A stretch of DNA of 63,034 nucleotides, filler included, from Octopus bimaculoides (GCF_001194135.2; 5 parts of 5 records of this genome joined end to end with filler, not necessarily neighbours in it), one strand, 5' to 3'; numbered from the whole stretch's first letter, positions 24,631 to 37,837 are shown. A program made the numbers and translations. Notes: generated by a model from the sequence alone, not told the origin.

Positions 24631-25137
24631 TCTGTGAAATTTCTTGCTATCGATTTCAGTTAACGGACATCGACTATTCAAGAGGTTGTAGGAAGCAACG
24701 AAAATTTTAGGAAAAATAAATTAATGAGTAGAAATCGAACCGGTGAGTGTGTTAGTTAATAATGTATTAAAACAAAATGACGCTCCCTAGACACAATAAA
24801 ATATGTCTCAAAACGCGAATTCACATAAAGAATCTTGCAAACCAAATACAAAAACGAAATCATTCAACGATTATTCCACTAAAATCCCATAGATTCTCTC
24901 TGTCATCATAATTTCTTGTAAGTTTGAATAAGACGGTGATTTGCAGCGAATGTTTAAGAAAGCACGAATATGTCATCGTTTTTAAGGTTCCGTGCATTAA
25001 ATGTATGACGCTTAACTTTAAAAAATACGTTCTGTATGGAGGGTAGTTATACAGTCTCTTAATTCTAATACCAACGTAAAATTGTAAACTAGTTTAAAGA
25101 AAATAAATAAATAAATAATTAAATAAAAATAGATTTA

Positions 25138-25171
<34 letters not shown>

Positions 25172-25271
25172 NNNNNNNNNNNNNNNNNNNNNNNNNNNNN
25201 NNNNNNNNNNNNNNNTTAATTAATTAANNNNNNNNNNNNNNNNNNNNNNNNNNNNNNNNNNNNNNNNNNNN

Positions 25272-26409
25272 TTGTTTATTTTCAGATCATAAAAATGGAA
25301 AGCCAAGTTAAGAAAAACGAGCATTTTCGACACCTCCTTTTTGCTCCTAAGGCTCTAAGGCCGCAAAAGCTGCTCGCGACATTTGTGCGGAATATGGAGA
25401 GGTAGCCATAGCTGAAAGAACCGCTCGTGATTCGTATGCGAAATTCAAAAATGGAAATTTTGACCTCAAAAACGCACCTCGTTCTGGTCGTCCAGTTGAG
25501 TTTGATGGAGAGCGATTAAACCCACTTTTGCACGAAAATTCTCGTCAAACGACAAGGGAACTGGTAGAGAAAATGGAATGCTCCCACGCTGCTATAGAGA
25601 AGCATCTTCACTTGATGGGAAAGGTTCAGAAGTATGGAGCATGGGTTCCGCATGCTTTAAGTGACAACAACAAAAATCAACGAGTCACAATCTCCGCTGG
25701 TTTGCTTGCTCGTCACCGCTCAAGCAACGGACACAAGCAGCGATTTCTTTACCGAATCGTTACTGCCGACGAAAAATGGTGCCTGTACATCAATATGAAG
25801 CAGCGTAAGGAATGGCTTAGCCCCGGTAAACAAGCGACAACGCGCGTGAAACAAGATCTTCATTCGCGTAAAACGATGTTGAGCGTATCGTGGGATTAGG
25901 AAGGGATTATCCATTACGAATTGCTTGAACGGAACCAAACGGTTAACTCGAAACTCTATGTTCAACAGATGGAACGACTCAACACGGCTATTCAAGAGAA
26001 GAGACCTAATCAGCAGCATGGAGTTCTGCTGCACGACAACGCCCGCCCTCATATCGCCAATATGACCAAGAAAGCCATTCAAACGCATGGCGGGGAAGAG
26101 CTACCACACCCGTCGTACTCTCCTGATTTGGCACCAACAGATTTCCACCCCTTTCGATCTCTTTTAAATGCTATGCGCGGAGTTTCGTTCAATACTGATG
26201 CAGAATTGAGAGCTTGGTTGGATCAATTTTTCGAGTCGAAATCGGGTGATTTCTACCAACGAGGTATTGAAAATCTTGTTGAACGTTGGGAAGAAGTTGT
26301 AAACAACAAGGGTGAATACATTATTGATTAATTAGTTGTTATTTTTTATTAAACCTTTAAAAAAATTTAAATTAAAATAAAACGACAGGAATTTAGTTGC
26401 CAACCCAAT
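25272..26409 (+). mobile_element. mariner-family DNA transposon (DD34D); 5' end lost in gap
   Basis: Near-complete transposase and a 3' TIR-like ggaatttagttgccaacccaat. Confidence 0.95.
25295..26331 (+). pseudogene. mariner transposase pseudogene (one frameshift, one stop)
   Basis: ATG at 25295; RSGRP, WVPH, TADEKW, HDNARPH-(34 aa counted)-YSPDLAPTD. Frameshift near 25345 and in-frame TAG at 25897-25899. Confidence 0.95.
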
Positions 26410-26605
26410 GTTTTAGAAGTCGTTACTTGAACGAAAATTGTTAATTACTCACTGTCTCAATTATAACCATGAAGATATATATATATTAAGCTAAATAAGC
26501 TTGCTTGATTGACAGATAGACAAGCAGGCTTGAATGTTGAGTCGGCTGACATTTGGTAATAAACTGAAATAAACTGACAGATAAACAGTAACATCCAGCA
26601 AAATA

Positions 26606-26681
<76 letters not shown>

Positions 26682-26765
26682 GTGTGAAGGAGTAAGACTG
26701 ATAAACTGCAAGTCAATAATTACGATAATTGGGAGACAGAGAGGAGAGAAAGAAAGAGAGAGAGA

Positions 26766-26839
<74 letters not shown>

Positions 26840-26976
26840 CAGGCAGATAGACAGGCAGACAGACAGACAGAGAATTCACTTTACTAACTGACCGTTCATC
26901 CTCATATTCACAGCCATATTTCCCCCTGACCTCTTTCTATGTATTTATTATATAGATATATGTATTATATTACCAA

Positions 26977-27010
26977 CAGAAAGACCGCCCTCCGGGCGGT
27001 TTTCTGCTAG
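26977..27010 (+). mobile_element. Helitron-type 3' terminus (GC hairpin followed by CTAG)
   Basis: cagaaa(g)accgccc-tcc-gggcggttttctg is a 13-bp stem with one bulge, followed immediately by CTAG. Confidence 0.5.
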
Positions 27011-27470
27011 CCACTCGATAATATTTCAACATTTGATTCTCAATTCTAATAATTTTTATCATATTTCACGTCTAATTATTTCTTTGTATAATAGCGTTCA
27101 CATGCTTAGTAAATATCGCTTTCATTATTCTATCAGTCATAACCTCTCTTTTTTAAAGAGTTAATTTGTTATATATATTTATCATTAATAATTGTTAGAA
27201 CTTACATAGGTCTGCATAAATAGATAGATAGATAGACAGATGGAGGGAGGGATACACACAAAAGTCTGGTGCTGTGAGAACATGGGAATGACGTTTCCTT
27301 ACTTTTTCAAATATACCCAAATTTAAAATGATCTAATTAAACGATATCATTAATTCGGCATGTGTTGAAATATGCCAAAACAATTTAATTCCTCACAAAT
27401 ATATGTTACTTTACACATAATTTATATGTTAGTTCTATTTACTGAAACTTGCTAGAAAGCATATTTTGCT

Positions 27471-28580
27471 TTAAACTAGTGTCTCCTTGTAGACACAATT
27501 GTCAGTTATCATACTGCTTCCATTTTTCTCAGCCAGTATTTTTACATTAGCCTTCTTTCGAACTCTAGATAATGCAACATACTGCTGACCACGTGAGAAA
27601 AGTTGTGTCGGAAGATATATTCCAGTTTGTTTAAAAGTCTGTCCCTGTGCCTTGTTGCACGTCAAGGCAAAAGCTGGCTTGACAGGAAATTGTTTGCGTG
27701 TAAATGTAAATGCAAACCCCATGTGATATTCTTGGGATTAGCAGAGTTAATCCTGCATAAGGACCAGAAGCAATCTCAGCCTCAGTAACGCGATCATGTA
27801 AACTGACAATGATGTTGTGTGTGCCATTGCAATGTCCATTAGTAGCATCTAAATTTCTCAGAAGCCTGATGCAGCATTCTTTCTTCAGTTTGAGAATATG
27901 TGGTGGAAACTCTGATAGTGTAAGTTTGTTGATGAACTCTATTGGGTACAGAGTTTCATTATCAACTGTATCTCAATTTCTGTATATTTTTAGCTCACCA
28001 GAGATCCTAGTCAGCAGAAAATCATTCACAAATTGTGCTGCTTTATTTGTTGGAGTAACGATTGTTCTATTTGCAAGCCACACAGGGTTTGTGAAGTTAT
28101 TTTTGAGAGCAGCATATACAAAATCACATAGATCTGAAAGAGTACCACTTTCAAGGCAAAAGTCATTGGGTAGTTTGATTTTGAATTCCCCTAGGCTTTG
28201 TTCAACAGAAATGTTACCATTTCCTACATCAAGAAGGCAATTAGCAAACTCTCTTTCATCAGAATGACCTGTAAGAAGTCTTAGATTGGTTGTCAACCCC
28301 ACCACTTCCACATGATCGCAAAGAAAAGATCTCTTTAGTTTTGTATCAACAATTTGTGATCTTACACCATTATTTTGAAGTAGAATATTCTCCTCTAGAG
28401 ATGCCCAATCCAGTCGGTCATGTGTAAACGGACACAGAATCACGTCTACGTCTCCGTGCATATTCAGGCATCTATATCAGTCGCTTTGCTCTGGTTTCAT
28501 CTGATTCAGTTGCCCGTCTTTCTCTCTGTCGTTGTGCCTTTGCTGCTAAATTTTCTTTTTCAGTCGCATATTATATATAA
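27471..28580 (-). mobile_element. Helitron remnant: PIF1-family helicase C-terminal half fused to a basic N-terminal repeat
   Basis: LTTNLRL, FANCLLDVGNG, IVTPTN, LLRNLD...GHCNGT, TCNKAQGQT (motif V), FSRGQQYVALSRV (motif VI). Upstream RQRERRATESDETRAKRL. The element probably extends to ~29220. Confidence 0.88.
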
Positions 28581-29220
28581 ATGAAAACTCGTTAAAAACT
28601 ATCTTTTTAGCGTGCTACAAATAGCAGCGATCACATAGTTATTACTGTAAGGCTTATAGCGTTCCAAGTAGCCATACCAACAAAATCACTTCTTCATTTA
28701 AAAAAAAAAAATTATACCGGTATATTAAAAAAAAATTCATTGAATGAATAGCATGCATTCATTCAACACAAAATCACTTAGAAATTATACTGGTATATCA
28801 AAAAATTTTCATTTTATCAAAAATATTCATTTAGTAAACTCCGGAAACTTATAATGCTCTTGAAATTGTGCCTCGTATCAAAGTTATATAGCTATTATTA
28901 AATTATCATTAATGAAATTGGAGGTGAGCGAGAATGAGAGACTTTTGCAAATAAAAGCTTAAAATGTTGCCTGCAACGAATTAATATTGTTTATTATAAA
29001 ACATTAAAATCTACTCCGCAGTGAATGCAATGAATATTTAAATTTGCGAGAATTTGGAGTTAAAAAAATTCAATAAACTTCAGAAATCGAAATTATAGGA
29101 AATTTCTTAGAACATGAATTCATAAAAATATTTCCAGACGGCCAAGCTTTTAATATTGCTTTCTATTAGTACTTTTAGTAATTGTTACATACTTAATTAA
29201 TAAGCAGCTTTCTCCATTAT

Positions 29221-29308
<88 letters not shown>

Positions 29309-29312
29309 TACA

Positions 29313-30583
29313 CAGAGGGTGGGATAGGTAAATTTTAGATTTTTAATCTAAAATTTTAGATTTTTAATTTCGCGCATGCACATTGTTTGTTTTTTACTTT
29401 GTCAGTTATACAGTATAGTAGGGTCAGTTGGCCACCGTCTGTGAGAAAAACAGCACCATGACGCAATTCACTCTGCCAGAAATTTGGAAACGAAATGCTG
29501 TACTGCTTGGCATTCGCGCCGGAAGCTCAATACGAACATTTCAGAGTGTTTTGGGCGTCAATCTGAGGACAGTGCAGAGGATTCGGTAAGAGTTGTATGA
29601 GTCTAATGGTGGTTACGAAGGTACGGAAGCTCGGAAAACTCACTCTGATCGCTCTGATAAGAAAGGAACTCCTGAATTTGTTGATGAGATCCAGGCCGTA
29701 ATTGACAACGATCCCTCCAAGTCAATCAGGTCCATCATCAGGGGCATGAGAGTGTCTGAATTTCTTATCAGGCAGATAGTGCGAAAGGGCCAATTTTTAT
29801 CCCAAGCCATCAAAGACAAGAGGAAATATCGCTTTTGAACAAACTCAAGCATCCTCTTCAACCGAACATGCTTTGATTTTTCTCAGATGAGAAAAAATTC
29901 TGCCAGGATCAGATGGTGAACACACAGAACAATCGTTGCCTTGCCGTGACCCCAAAGCATGTACCGAGAGTGATAAAAATCAAACATCCAGTCAGCATCA
30001 TGATGATTGGAGTGATCACTAGTGATGGCGACGTTATGCATCCATTCATCTTTCCACACGGCCTCAGACTCAACACAGAGGCCTACATCAAGCGCCTGGA
30101 GGAGGTAGTGCTGCCCTGGATCAAGAGGGTGGATGCTGGAAGACCCTATGTCTAGCAACAGGACTCTGCACCATGCCACACAAGTAGGAGAATCCAGTCA
30201 TGGCTGTCAGACAATTTCTGCAACCACATCACCTTAATATCTGGTCACCCAACTCTCCAGACTCCAACCCCCTTGATTATTATGTGTGGGGCGCAGTTGA
30301 GCGAGAGACCAACAAAACTCCTTGTAACACCAAAGATGAACTGAAGACAAGTATTATGGCAGCATTCACGAACTTAAACAAGGAGACCGTCCAGAAGAGT
30401 TGCAGGAAATTCCGAAGTCGTCTGGAGGCTGTGGTTGAAGCCAATGGCGATATTATTGAATAAATTTGCTCTTAGTATTTCAAGATATTTTAATGTAATT
30501 TTGGTAAATATATCTGTTAAAATGAGATGTCTGTTATTTTCATTTTTGCTTAATTTAGAGGAAAATTCATTCACCGCACCCTG
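29313..30583 (+). mobile_element. maT/mori-family Tc1/mariner element (DD37D)
   Basis: ATG at 29458; FSDEKKF, QDSAPCH-(37 aa after restoring one base)-NPLDY, stop at 30463. Imperfect TIRs cag(a)gggtg.../...caccctg followed by TA. Confidence 0.9.
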
Positions 30584-32851
30584 TATATATACACACACAT
30601 AGGCACAGACACACACGCTGACGCGCCCACACGCATTCACATTCATATACAGAATCGTATGTCTTCAATACAATTTTCCTGGATTAATCGTTAAATGCAA
30701 TTTATTGCGCTTTCTAATACATGCTTATCAGAAAAAAGTATTTTTGGTATATTTTGAGACAGAATTGTTGTAATCGCTCTAATTGTAACTTAAGGTGTAC
30801 TTACTGATGCAATAATATACATATACATCTAACCTCGTTTATTAAAAGGGGGTTGGTTTAAAAAGAATAATAATAAAATCAATGATAAATGAATCATCTT
30901 GCACTTTGTAAATGGAACGAATGGTAAATTCATTGACATCACAGTAGCTTCTGCCATCACATATTTTTCGATCATCTGCACCTTTTCCTGCAGAAAAGGC
31001 ACCGTCTGTGTCGTTTGTTAGGACCAGACACCTTTGTATTTTTTTTTGTTCTCTGGTCTTATGTCGATGGGTACGTGTACATAAATCTGTATAAAAAATA
31101 CGCAGCCTCGCAACACGGTCATGTAAATACAAGTGACAAATCAGTGCATACCCAGGTAGCTGAGAATTGTGGGTGGTGAGTGGCGCTTTTGCAGTTCCAT
31201 TGGTAAAAGCTGCCCCGTGTTATCACAGATCAAACCAGGATAAAAGTAAAATGATCCACAATTGAGCATTCTGTGTTTTCCTGGATCAGTGATGAATGAA
31301 TCAGTGATAAGCAAAGTTACACACACATATATATATATATATAAGGGAAATTCATTTCGACGAAGTTTCGCAGTTTGTTTATATCACATGACTTTATTGT
31401 CGCGCGCGCGCGTATATATATATATATAATCTGATTACATTTGAATTTTCTCTTATTTATTTTCTAGCTCACGAAGCTTGGGCTGTACCTATACGAAGAC
31501 AACACGCTCACAGAATCCCAATTTGTCCTGGTAATTATACAATCTGTAACAAGCACCCAAGAACAAATCATGTAATGAAACCTCTCTCAGCTCTAGATCA
31601 GTGGATCAGAAGGCTTGTACCAATACTACCCAACATGCCCAAGACAGTGCCCAAAGCATCGTTGGTGTGATGGAATCTTCGACAGCCTAACACCTGAATA
31701 GCAGTCTAAGGGGAACTAGAAGATCATATAATGTTAGTGATCACATGACCATACAATTCTCCCGGGTCTTCATGGACATGAAATACCTACTCTTCATGAT
31801 GTAGAAGTACGAAGTTCTGGCGCACCACACGTCCGATAGTAGAATCGGCCACTTTGAGATGTTAGGCGATGGCTCTCATCGACTGGCTTGGATTGTCATG
31901 GATGGATTGGAGGAACACGACCCTTCTGACGGACTCTGACTCTAAGAATTTTTCTTTATCTCAGTTATGGAAAATACGTCTCCATTATTAGAGATCCCCA
32001 GATATTTCCTGATTCTGATTATGAAGAACCCGGAAACATATAAAAAGCTGGTGATTTCCGAGTCGTTGTGGATGACACCTTTTCCTTTCCTGCATCTCGA
32101 TTGGAGGCTGCCATATTAATGCAATCGACAGATTTGAAAAAGAAAGGATTAATAGTTAAAATTTGGCGTACAATATGCAAATTAATCTAGCTATTCTAAA
32201 TAAGTTCTAGTCTCAGATTGATATAAATAGTGATTTGCTATGTTCCTAAGAAGTGAGGTGATAAATAGGTGTTTTCTGATAAATGGCCAAAACCCCATGA
32301 AATATATGATGGCAATCTCCGTTGCTTTCTTCCGTATGTACGAAGACAAAGAAGATGAATTCACATGTGTTTAGAGTTCCTTAAGAATTTACATTATGCT
32401 TGGTCNNNNNNNNNNNNNNNNNNNNNNNNNNNNNNNNNNNNNNNNNNNNNNNNNNNNNNNNNNNNNNNNNNNNNNNNNNNNNNNNNNNNNNNNNNNNNNN
32501 NNNNNNNNNNNNNNNNNNNNNNNNNNNNNNNNNNNNNNNNNNNNNNNNNNNNNNNNNNNNNNNNNNNNNNNNNNNNNNNNNNNNNNNNNNNNNNNNNNNN
32601 NNNNNNNNNNNNNNNNNNNNNNNNNNNNNNNNNNNNNNNNNNNNNNNNNNNNNNNNNNNNNNNNNNNNNNNNNNNNNNNNNNNNNNNNNNNNNNNNNNNN
32701 NNNNNNNNNNNNNNNNNNNNNNNNNNNNNNNNNNNNNNNNNNNNNNNNNNNNNNNNNNNNNNNNNNNNNNNNNNNNNNNNNNNNNNNNNNNNNNNNNNNN
32801 NNNNNNNNNNNNNNNNNNNNNNNNNNNNNNNNNNNNNNNNNNNNNNNNNNN

Positions 32852-32950
32852 GTACCAGTCACGCACTGGATCGATATAATCGACTTAATCCGTTTGTCTG
32901 TTCTTGTTTGTCCCCTCTGTATGTAGCCCCTTGTGGGTAGTAAAGAAATA
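32852..32950 (+). mobile_element. SINE family B, 3' part
   Basis: gtaccagtcacgcactggatcgatataatcgacttaatccg...ccccttgtgggtagtaaagaaataa; inverse match to 20417-20520. Confidence 0.85.
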
Positions 32951-33037
32951 ACACACACAAAACATCACACACACAGATACATATAAATGTATGTGTATAT
33001 GTGTATGCGTATGCATATGTATGTACACATGTTTGTA

Positions 33038-33106
<69 letters not shown>

Positions 33107-34263
33107 NNNNNNNNNNTCTGTGTGTGTGTATGTATGTATGTATGTATGTATGTATGTATGTATGTATGTATATGAAACTGAAATATATCAAAGTAATCTT
33201 ATTTTTCTCCGCACAAAGAGAGTAACAAGATCAATTCACACCTGTTTAAGGTTCCACAACAAAAGTTCTATAAACAGAACTTGAAATTTATCTTAGGATT
33301 TCTAATACACGATGTATTATGAATAACTCTCTGCTAATTATTTAATCACGGCTCTAACAAATGTACAATATGCAAATTAATCTAGCTATTCTAAATAAGT
33401 TCTAGTCTCAGATTGATATAAATAGTGATTTGCTATGTTCCTAAGAAGTGAGGTGATAAATAGGTGTTTTCTGATAAATGGCCAAAACCCCATGAAATAT
33501 ATGATGGCAATCTCCNNNNNNNNNNNNNNNNNNNNNNNNNNNNNNNNNNNNNNNNNNNNNNNNNNNNNNNNNNNNNNNNNNNNNNNNNNNNNNNNNNNNN
33601 NNNNNNNNNNNNNNNNNNNNNNNNNNNNNNNNNNNNNNNNNNNNNNNNNNNNNNNNNNNNNNNNNNNNNNNNNNNNNNNNNNNNNNNNNNNNNNNNNNNN
33701 NNNNNNNNNNNNNNNNNNNNNNNNNNNNNNNNNNNNNNNNNNNNNNNNNNNNNNNNNNNNNNNNNNNNNNNNNNNNNNNNNNNNNNNNNNNNNNNNNNNN
33801 NNNNNNNNNNNNNNNNNNNNNNNNNNNNNNNNNNNNNNNNNNNNNNNNNNNNNNNNNNNNNNNNNNNNNNNNNNNNNNNNNNNNNNNNNNNNNNNNNNNN
33901 NNNNNNNNNNNNNNNNNNNNNNNNNNNNNNNNNNNNNNNNNNNNNNNNNNNNNNNNNNNNNNNNNNNNNNNNNNNNNNNNNNNNNNNNNNNNNNNNNNNN
34001 NNNNNNNNNNNNNNNNNNNNNNNNNNNNNNNNNNNNNNNNNNNNNNNNNNNNNNNNNNNNNNNNNNNNNNNNNNNNNNNNNNNNNNNNNNNNNNNNNNNN
34101 NNNNNNNNNNNNNNNNNNNNNNNNNNNNNNNNNNNNNNNNNNNNNNNNNNNNNNNNNNNNNNNNNNNNNNNNNNNNNNNNNNNNNNNNNNNNNNNNNNNN
34201 NNNNNNNNNNNNNNNNNNNNNNNNNNNNNNNNNNNNNNNNNNNNNNNNNNNNNNNNNNNNNNN

Positions 34264-34326
<63 letters not shown>

Positions 34327-34565
34327 TCTCTTCTGTTTTTTACGTATTGTGTATCTGTAATAGCATTAAACTATCAAAAGGCTTCGGGACTATTTTAGCG
34401 TGAATCAACAGAAGTATCAGTAATCTACGCTGTGAAATGACCTGATCTGTCAACTGGAATCTCAGATGGTCTGTGACCTTTCATGACATGAATTTAATAC
34501 CAGTTCTTACGTCTTTTGTTTTCACCCTTTTGATCCGAATGCTCTTGGCACATTTTCCCCACTAA

Positions 34566-34712
34566 ATGCTGCTAAAAAAAATTCTGTAGATGTCATTTTG
34601 AAAGAGGAAACAGCAATTGCATTTTTACGGGTAAACAATCTTCTGGATACACCACAAGAAATAGACCCTTGCCTTCGATGTGGTACACCGCACGCTAAAG
34701 TGGCACCATTCA
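34566..34712 (+). mobile_element. Merlin/ISXO2-like transposase N-terminal fragment
   Basis: EETAIAFLRVNNLLDTPQEIDPCLRCG; homologous to 60695-60869. Confidence 0.5.
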
Positions 34713-35879
34713 TTTTTTTTTCTAAGATGGTAGGCTGTGATTTGAGGGGCTCTATTCCTAGCAAGTCACGCAGCCGTCGATAGAGAAATTAAGAGAAATC
34801 TTTCCAGTGCGTCCGTTCTAAGAGGTTTCGGAATCTGTAATTTCACGAGGAATTCAATATTCCCGCTACACATTCATCCGTACAAATCAACTGAAAACAA
34901 TAACAGTAGCAACAGCGCAGAAACCCTCAAAGTAGCCTCTATGCGATCGTTCGTCTACTAGAAATAACAGCCAAATCTTCAAATTACTCCTCACTGTCTT
35001 AAATAAGGACGGATGCGTTGAAACAATATAGGCACTGATATGTAAATATAAAAGATGGTCACAGTTGGAACGGCATTTGATTATAGATTAGCTCGATCGA
35101 TGTTAACCTGTATCTAAACACTTCGTAATTTTGTTGGGTGGAAACAACCTTCTGTGTCAGTTTCTGAAAAACAAAAATGAGCAATAGTCTTTCGAAATGA
35201 GGGAAAGGAAATTTCAGAAGAAAACACACGCGCGCGTGCACACACACTCGCGCGCGCGCACAGTACACAGAAGTAAAAAAAAAATACAAAACAACAATCT
35301 TCCTACTCTTGCGGCAGCTACTGCTGTTTCTGCTACATCTTCTGCTACTGTTATGGTCTTTGTTGTTGCAGACGATGTTCACAACTTATAAGTAGAAAAT
35401 ATTCTTTTGTGAATACCTCTAAAACAGGAGGGAAATTTTCTTTGAATTAAAGAACTGCCGACGTTATATACAGAATTGTTAAAAATATATATAAAAGACA
35501 GATGAAGTATATAACAAAACAATCGGCGAATCCTTTATTTCTCCAGTTCTGTTCTGTACTTCTATTTCAAAACTGCTTCTCTTCATTCATTCTTTCCCCT
35601 GTTTTTGTGTTTTTTCTTTCCATCAATGCATATTACTTTCCTTTCTTCCACAGAGCTTATTATATCAGTCGTTAAAAATAGTCCGAAATGTCTCCTATTG
35701 CATTTTACAACTTTTTCCTAATCCTTTATTCCAAATACACATTCATTCTACGAATAAAGGCGTAATCAGTTAATTACAAACACATTTCTTTGTTTTTCAC
35801 AATGATTTTTTTGAAGATTAATTATACTACTACGACAAATATTTATAATGATAATTTTGGGGTACAAGTCCAAGAAAAT

Positions 35880-36045
35880 AAAAGGGAGCAGTTATTTGAT
35901 TACATCGATTCCTCTACCTACCCGGAACTTAATTTTATCGGCCTCAGAAAGATAAAAGGCAAAGGTAATCATGTTGGGATTTGAAGTAAGAATCTAAGAT
36001 ATCGCCAGGCATCTTATCTGACGGTCTAACGATTCCGTCAAAACG
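35880..36045 (-). mobile_element. SINE family B, degenerate
   Basis: acttaattttatcggcctcagaaagataaaaggcaaagg...ggatttgaagtaagaa...ctaacgattc. Confidence 0.6.
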
Positions 36046-36231
36046 GTGTCCTAAATAATTAAGTCTTAAAGCGCAGGGCCAGAAATTTGAGGGAGATGTA
36101 CATATATTAGATAGAATACATATAATAGAATAGAACATAAATAATTGAAACAAGACACTGCCCATGCCCAAAACGTACAAAGTTGTGCTTGTAAGTGAAG
36201 TGAATAAATATTAAAAATAAGGCTGCTAAGT

Positions 36232-36287
<56 letters not shown>

Positions 36288-36599
36288 TAATCTTTTCTTT
36301 CATTGACCACGAGTGCCCAAGACATTGAGGGGTTTACATCGAAATCATCAATAACAGATAATAAAATGCTAATGAGAAAACATCTTCTGTAGTAGGTGGG
36401 GATTACTTAAAGTGAATTGAGGGGGAAAGTCTCGGATTACTCTGATGCAGCAAAGGCTCTCAAAAGTGCCTTCTTCTGGTTTCTGTTTACAGTCGCATAA
36501 CCAGAGTAAGCTCATTTAATCTCGTCAGTCTTGACGCTTTCACCCACCTTTCGTAAAAACACACTGGAAAGAAGAGGCTTCCACTCTAACCTCACCCTC

Positions 36600-37837
36600 C
36601 ACCTCAAGTGCTGGGAGTTTGAGGATGGCTTGGCCCAAGACGAAGGGTTCTGCTTTCTAACCTTTTAACCAAGTCCAACATACACCATTCTTCGCCATAG
36701 ATAAGAGACAGAGGAAGACTAACTGGCCTTCCTTGTCAACGGAGGAGGTTGCGAAGATCTTTTCGACAGACTCAACTGAGAGTTGGCAGATGCATCCTAG
36801 ACGTGACAGCAGCTATCGGACAAAATCCACATGTCAGCAACGCAGGAGCATCGAACCGATGTATGCACAACAGTTTCGCTGATAGTTTCATTCCCGCGAC
36901 TAAGCTGCTTTGCCCAAACGGTTTGGGAGTTTAGGTCTACGCAAGTGCTCGTCTTTATTTCTTCCCTGTTTCTTTCCTCCATCCACGCTTGCTCCTCTTT
37001 GGTAGGCAACATCCTCTCCTCTCCAGCATGGACTAATTCCAACAGGGAGATGGAAGAAGCTCTATCACAGTGAAGAGAGTTGGGTTTTTCAGTTCCGGTT
37101 ACAATGGAGGATAGACGGAAACAGAGAGTTCAGGCGCCACTTTCAACTCTCTCCTTGATCAATCTGATCAATTTTCAAGGTGTCGCCTACTTTCAGCTAG
37201 TACAAAATTCTCAGGTGACTCGATTGATTCCCTGCATGTGACCAACATCGAAGGGCTACTTAGTCTAGATGAATCCCGCATCTCCATCGCACTCAGAGTG
37301 GGAGCTGACGTCTGTAGGAAACTGAGATACCGCTGTGGTTGGCCCCTCGACCCCACAGGTCTTCACGGCTTGTCTTGCCGCCTAAATGCTGGTCGCTTCG
37401 CTCGTCACAACGAGCTAAACCTAATCATTAAGTGAGCCCTGGCTGGGATTAATATGCCCTCAGTTCTGAAGCCGTCGAGGTTATCCAGAAGTGATGGAAA
37501 GAGAGTAGATAGTCTTACCCTCTGTCCCTGGGTTAGAGATAGGTGCCTCATTTTCGATGCCACAGTCGGCGACTCCTTTGCTCCCTCCCACATCCTTGAC
37601 GCTGCAGTTAATGGGAGGGTCACTGTTTCCGTAGCCGAACGGAAGAAAAACCCTGAAGTATCGGCACCTGACAGTGAATTGTCTCTTCTAATCTGTGACG
37701 CTTGAGACGTTCGAAAGGACTGGGTCACGGACCGCGAAGTTCATGTCAACGTAGGCAGCTCTCCTCACCGAGGTGTCAGGTGATGCTCGTGAGGCTTTCC
37801 CATCACCTGTGGTAATGCTGCGAGCGTGCTGGCTTGC
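36600..37837 (+). mobile_element. CRE-clade-like non-LTR retrotransposon, 3' part (thumb, CCHC knuckle, RLE)
   Basis: AALPKRFGSLGLRK (36904), RCGWPLDPTGLHGLSC...GRFARHNELN, RSDGKRVDSLTLCPW...LIFDATVGD, and terminal GNAASVLA (37811-37834). The 5' boundary is uncertain. Confidence 0.72.

Noticed and set aside
26977-27006. Rho-independent terminator
   Set aside because: The context is eukaryotic with no bacterial genes; the following CTAG and adjacent Helitron favour a Helitron end.
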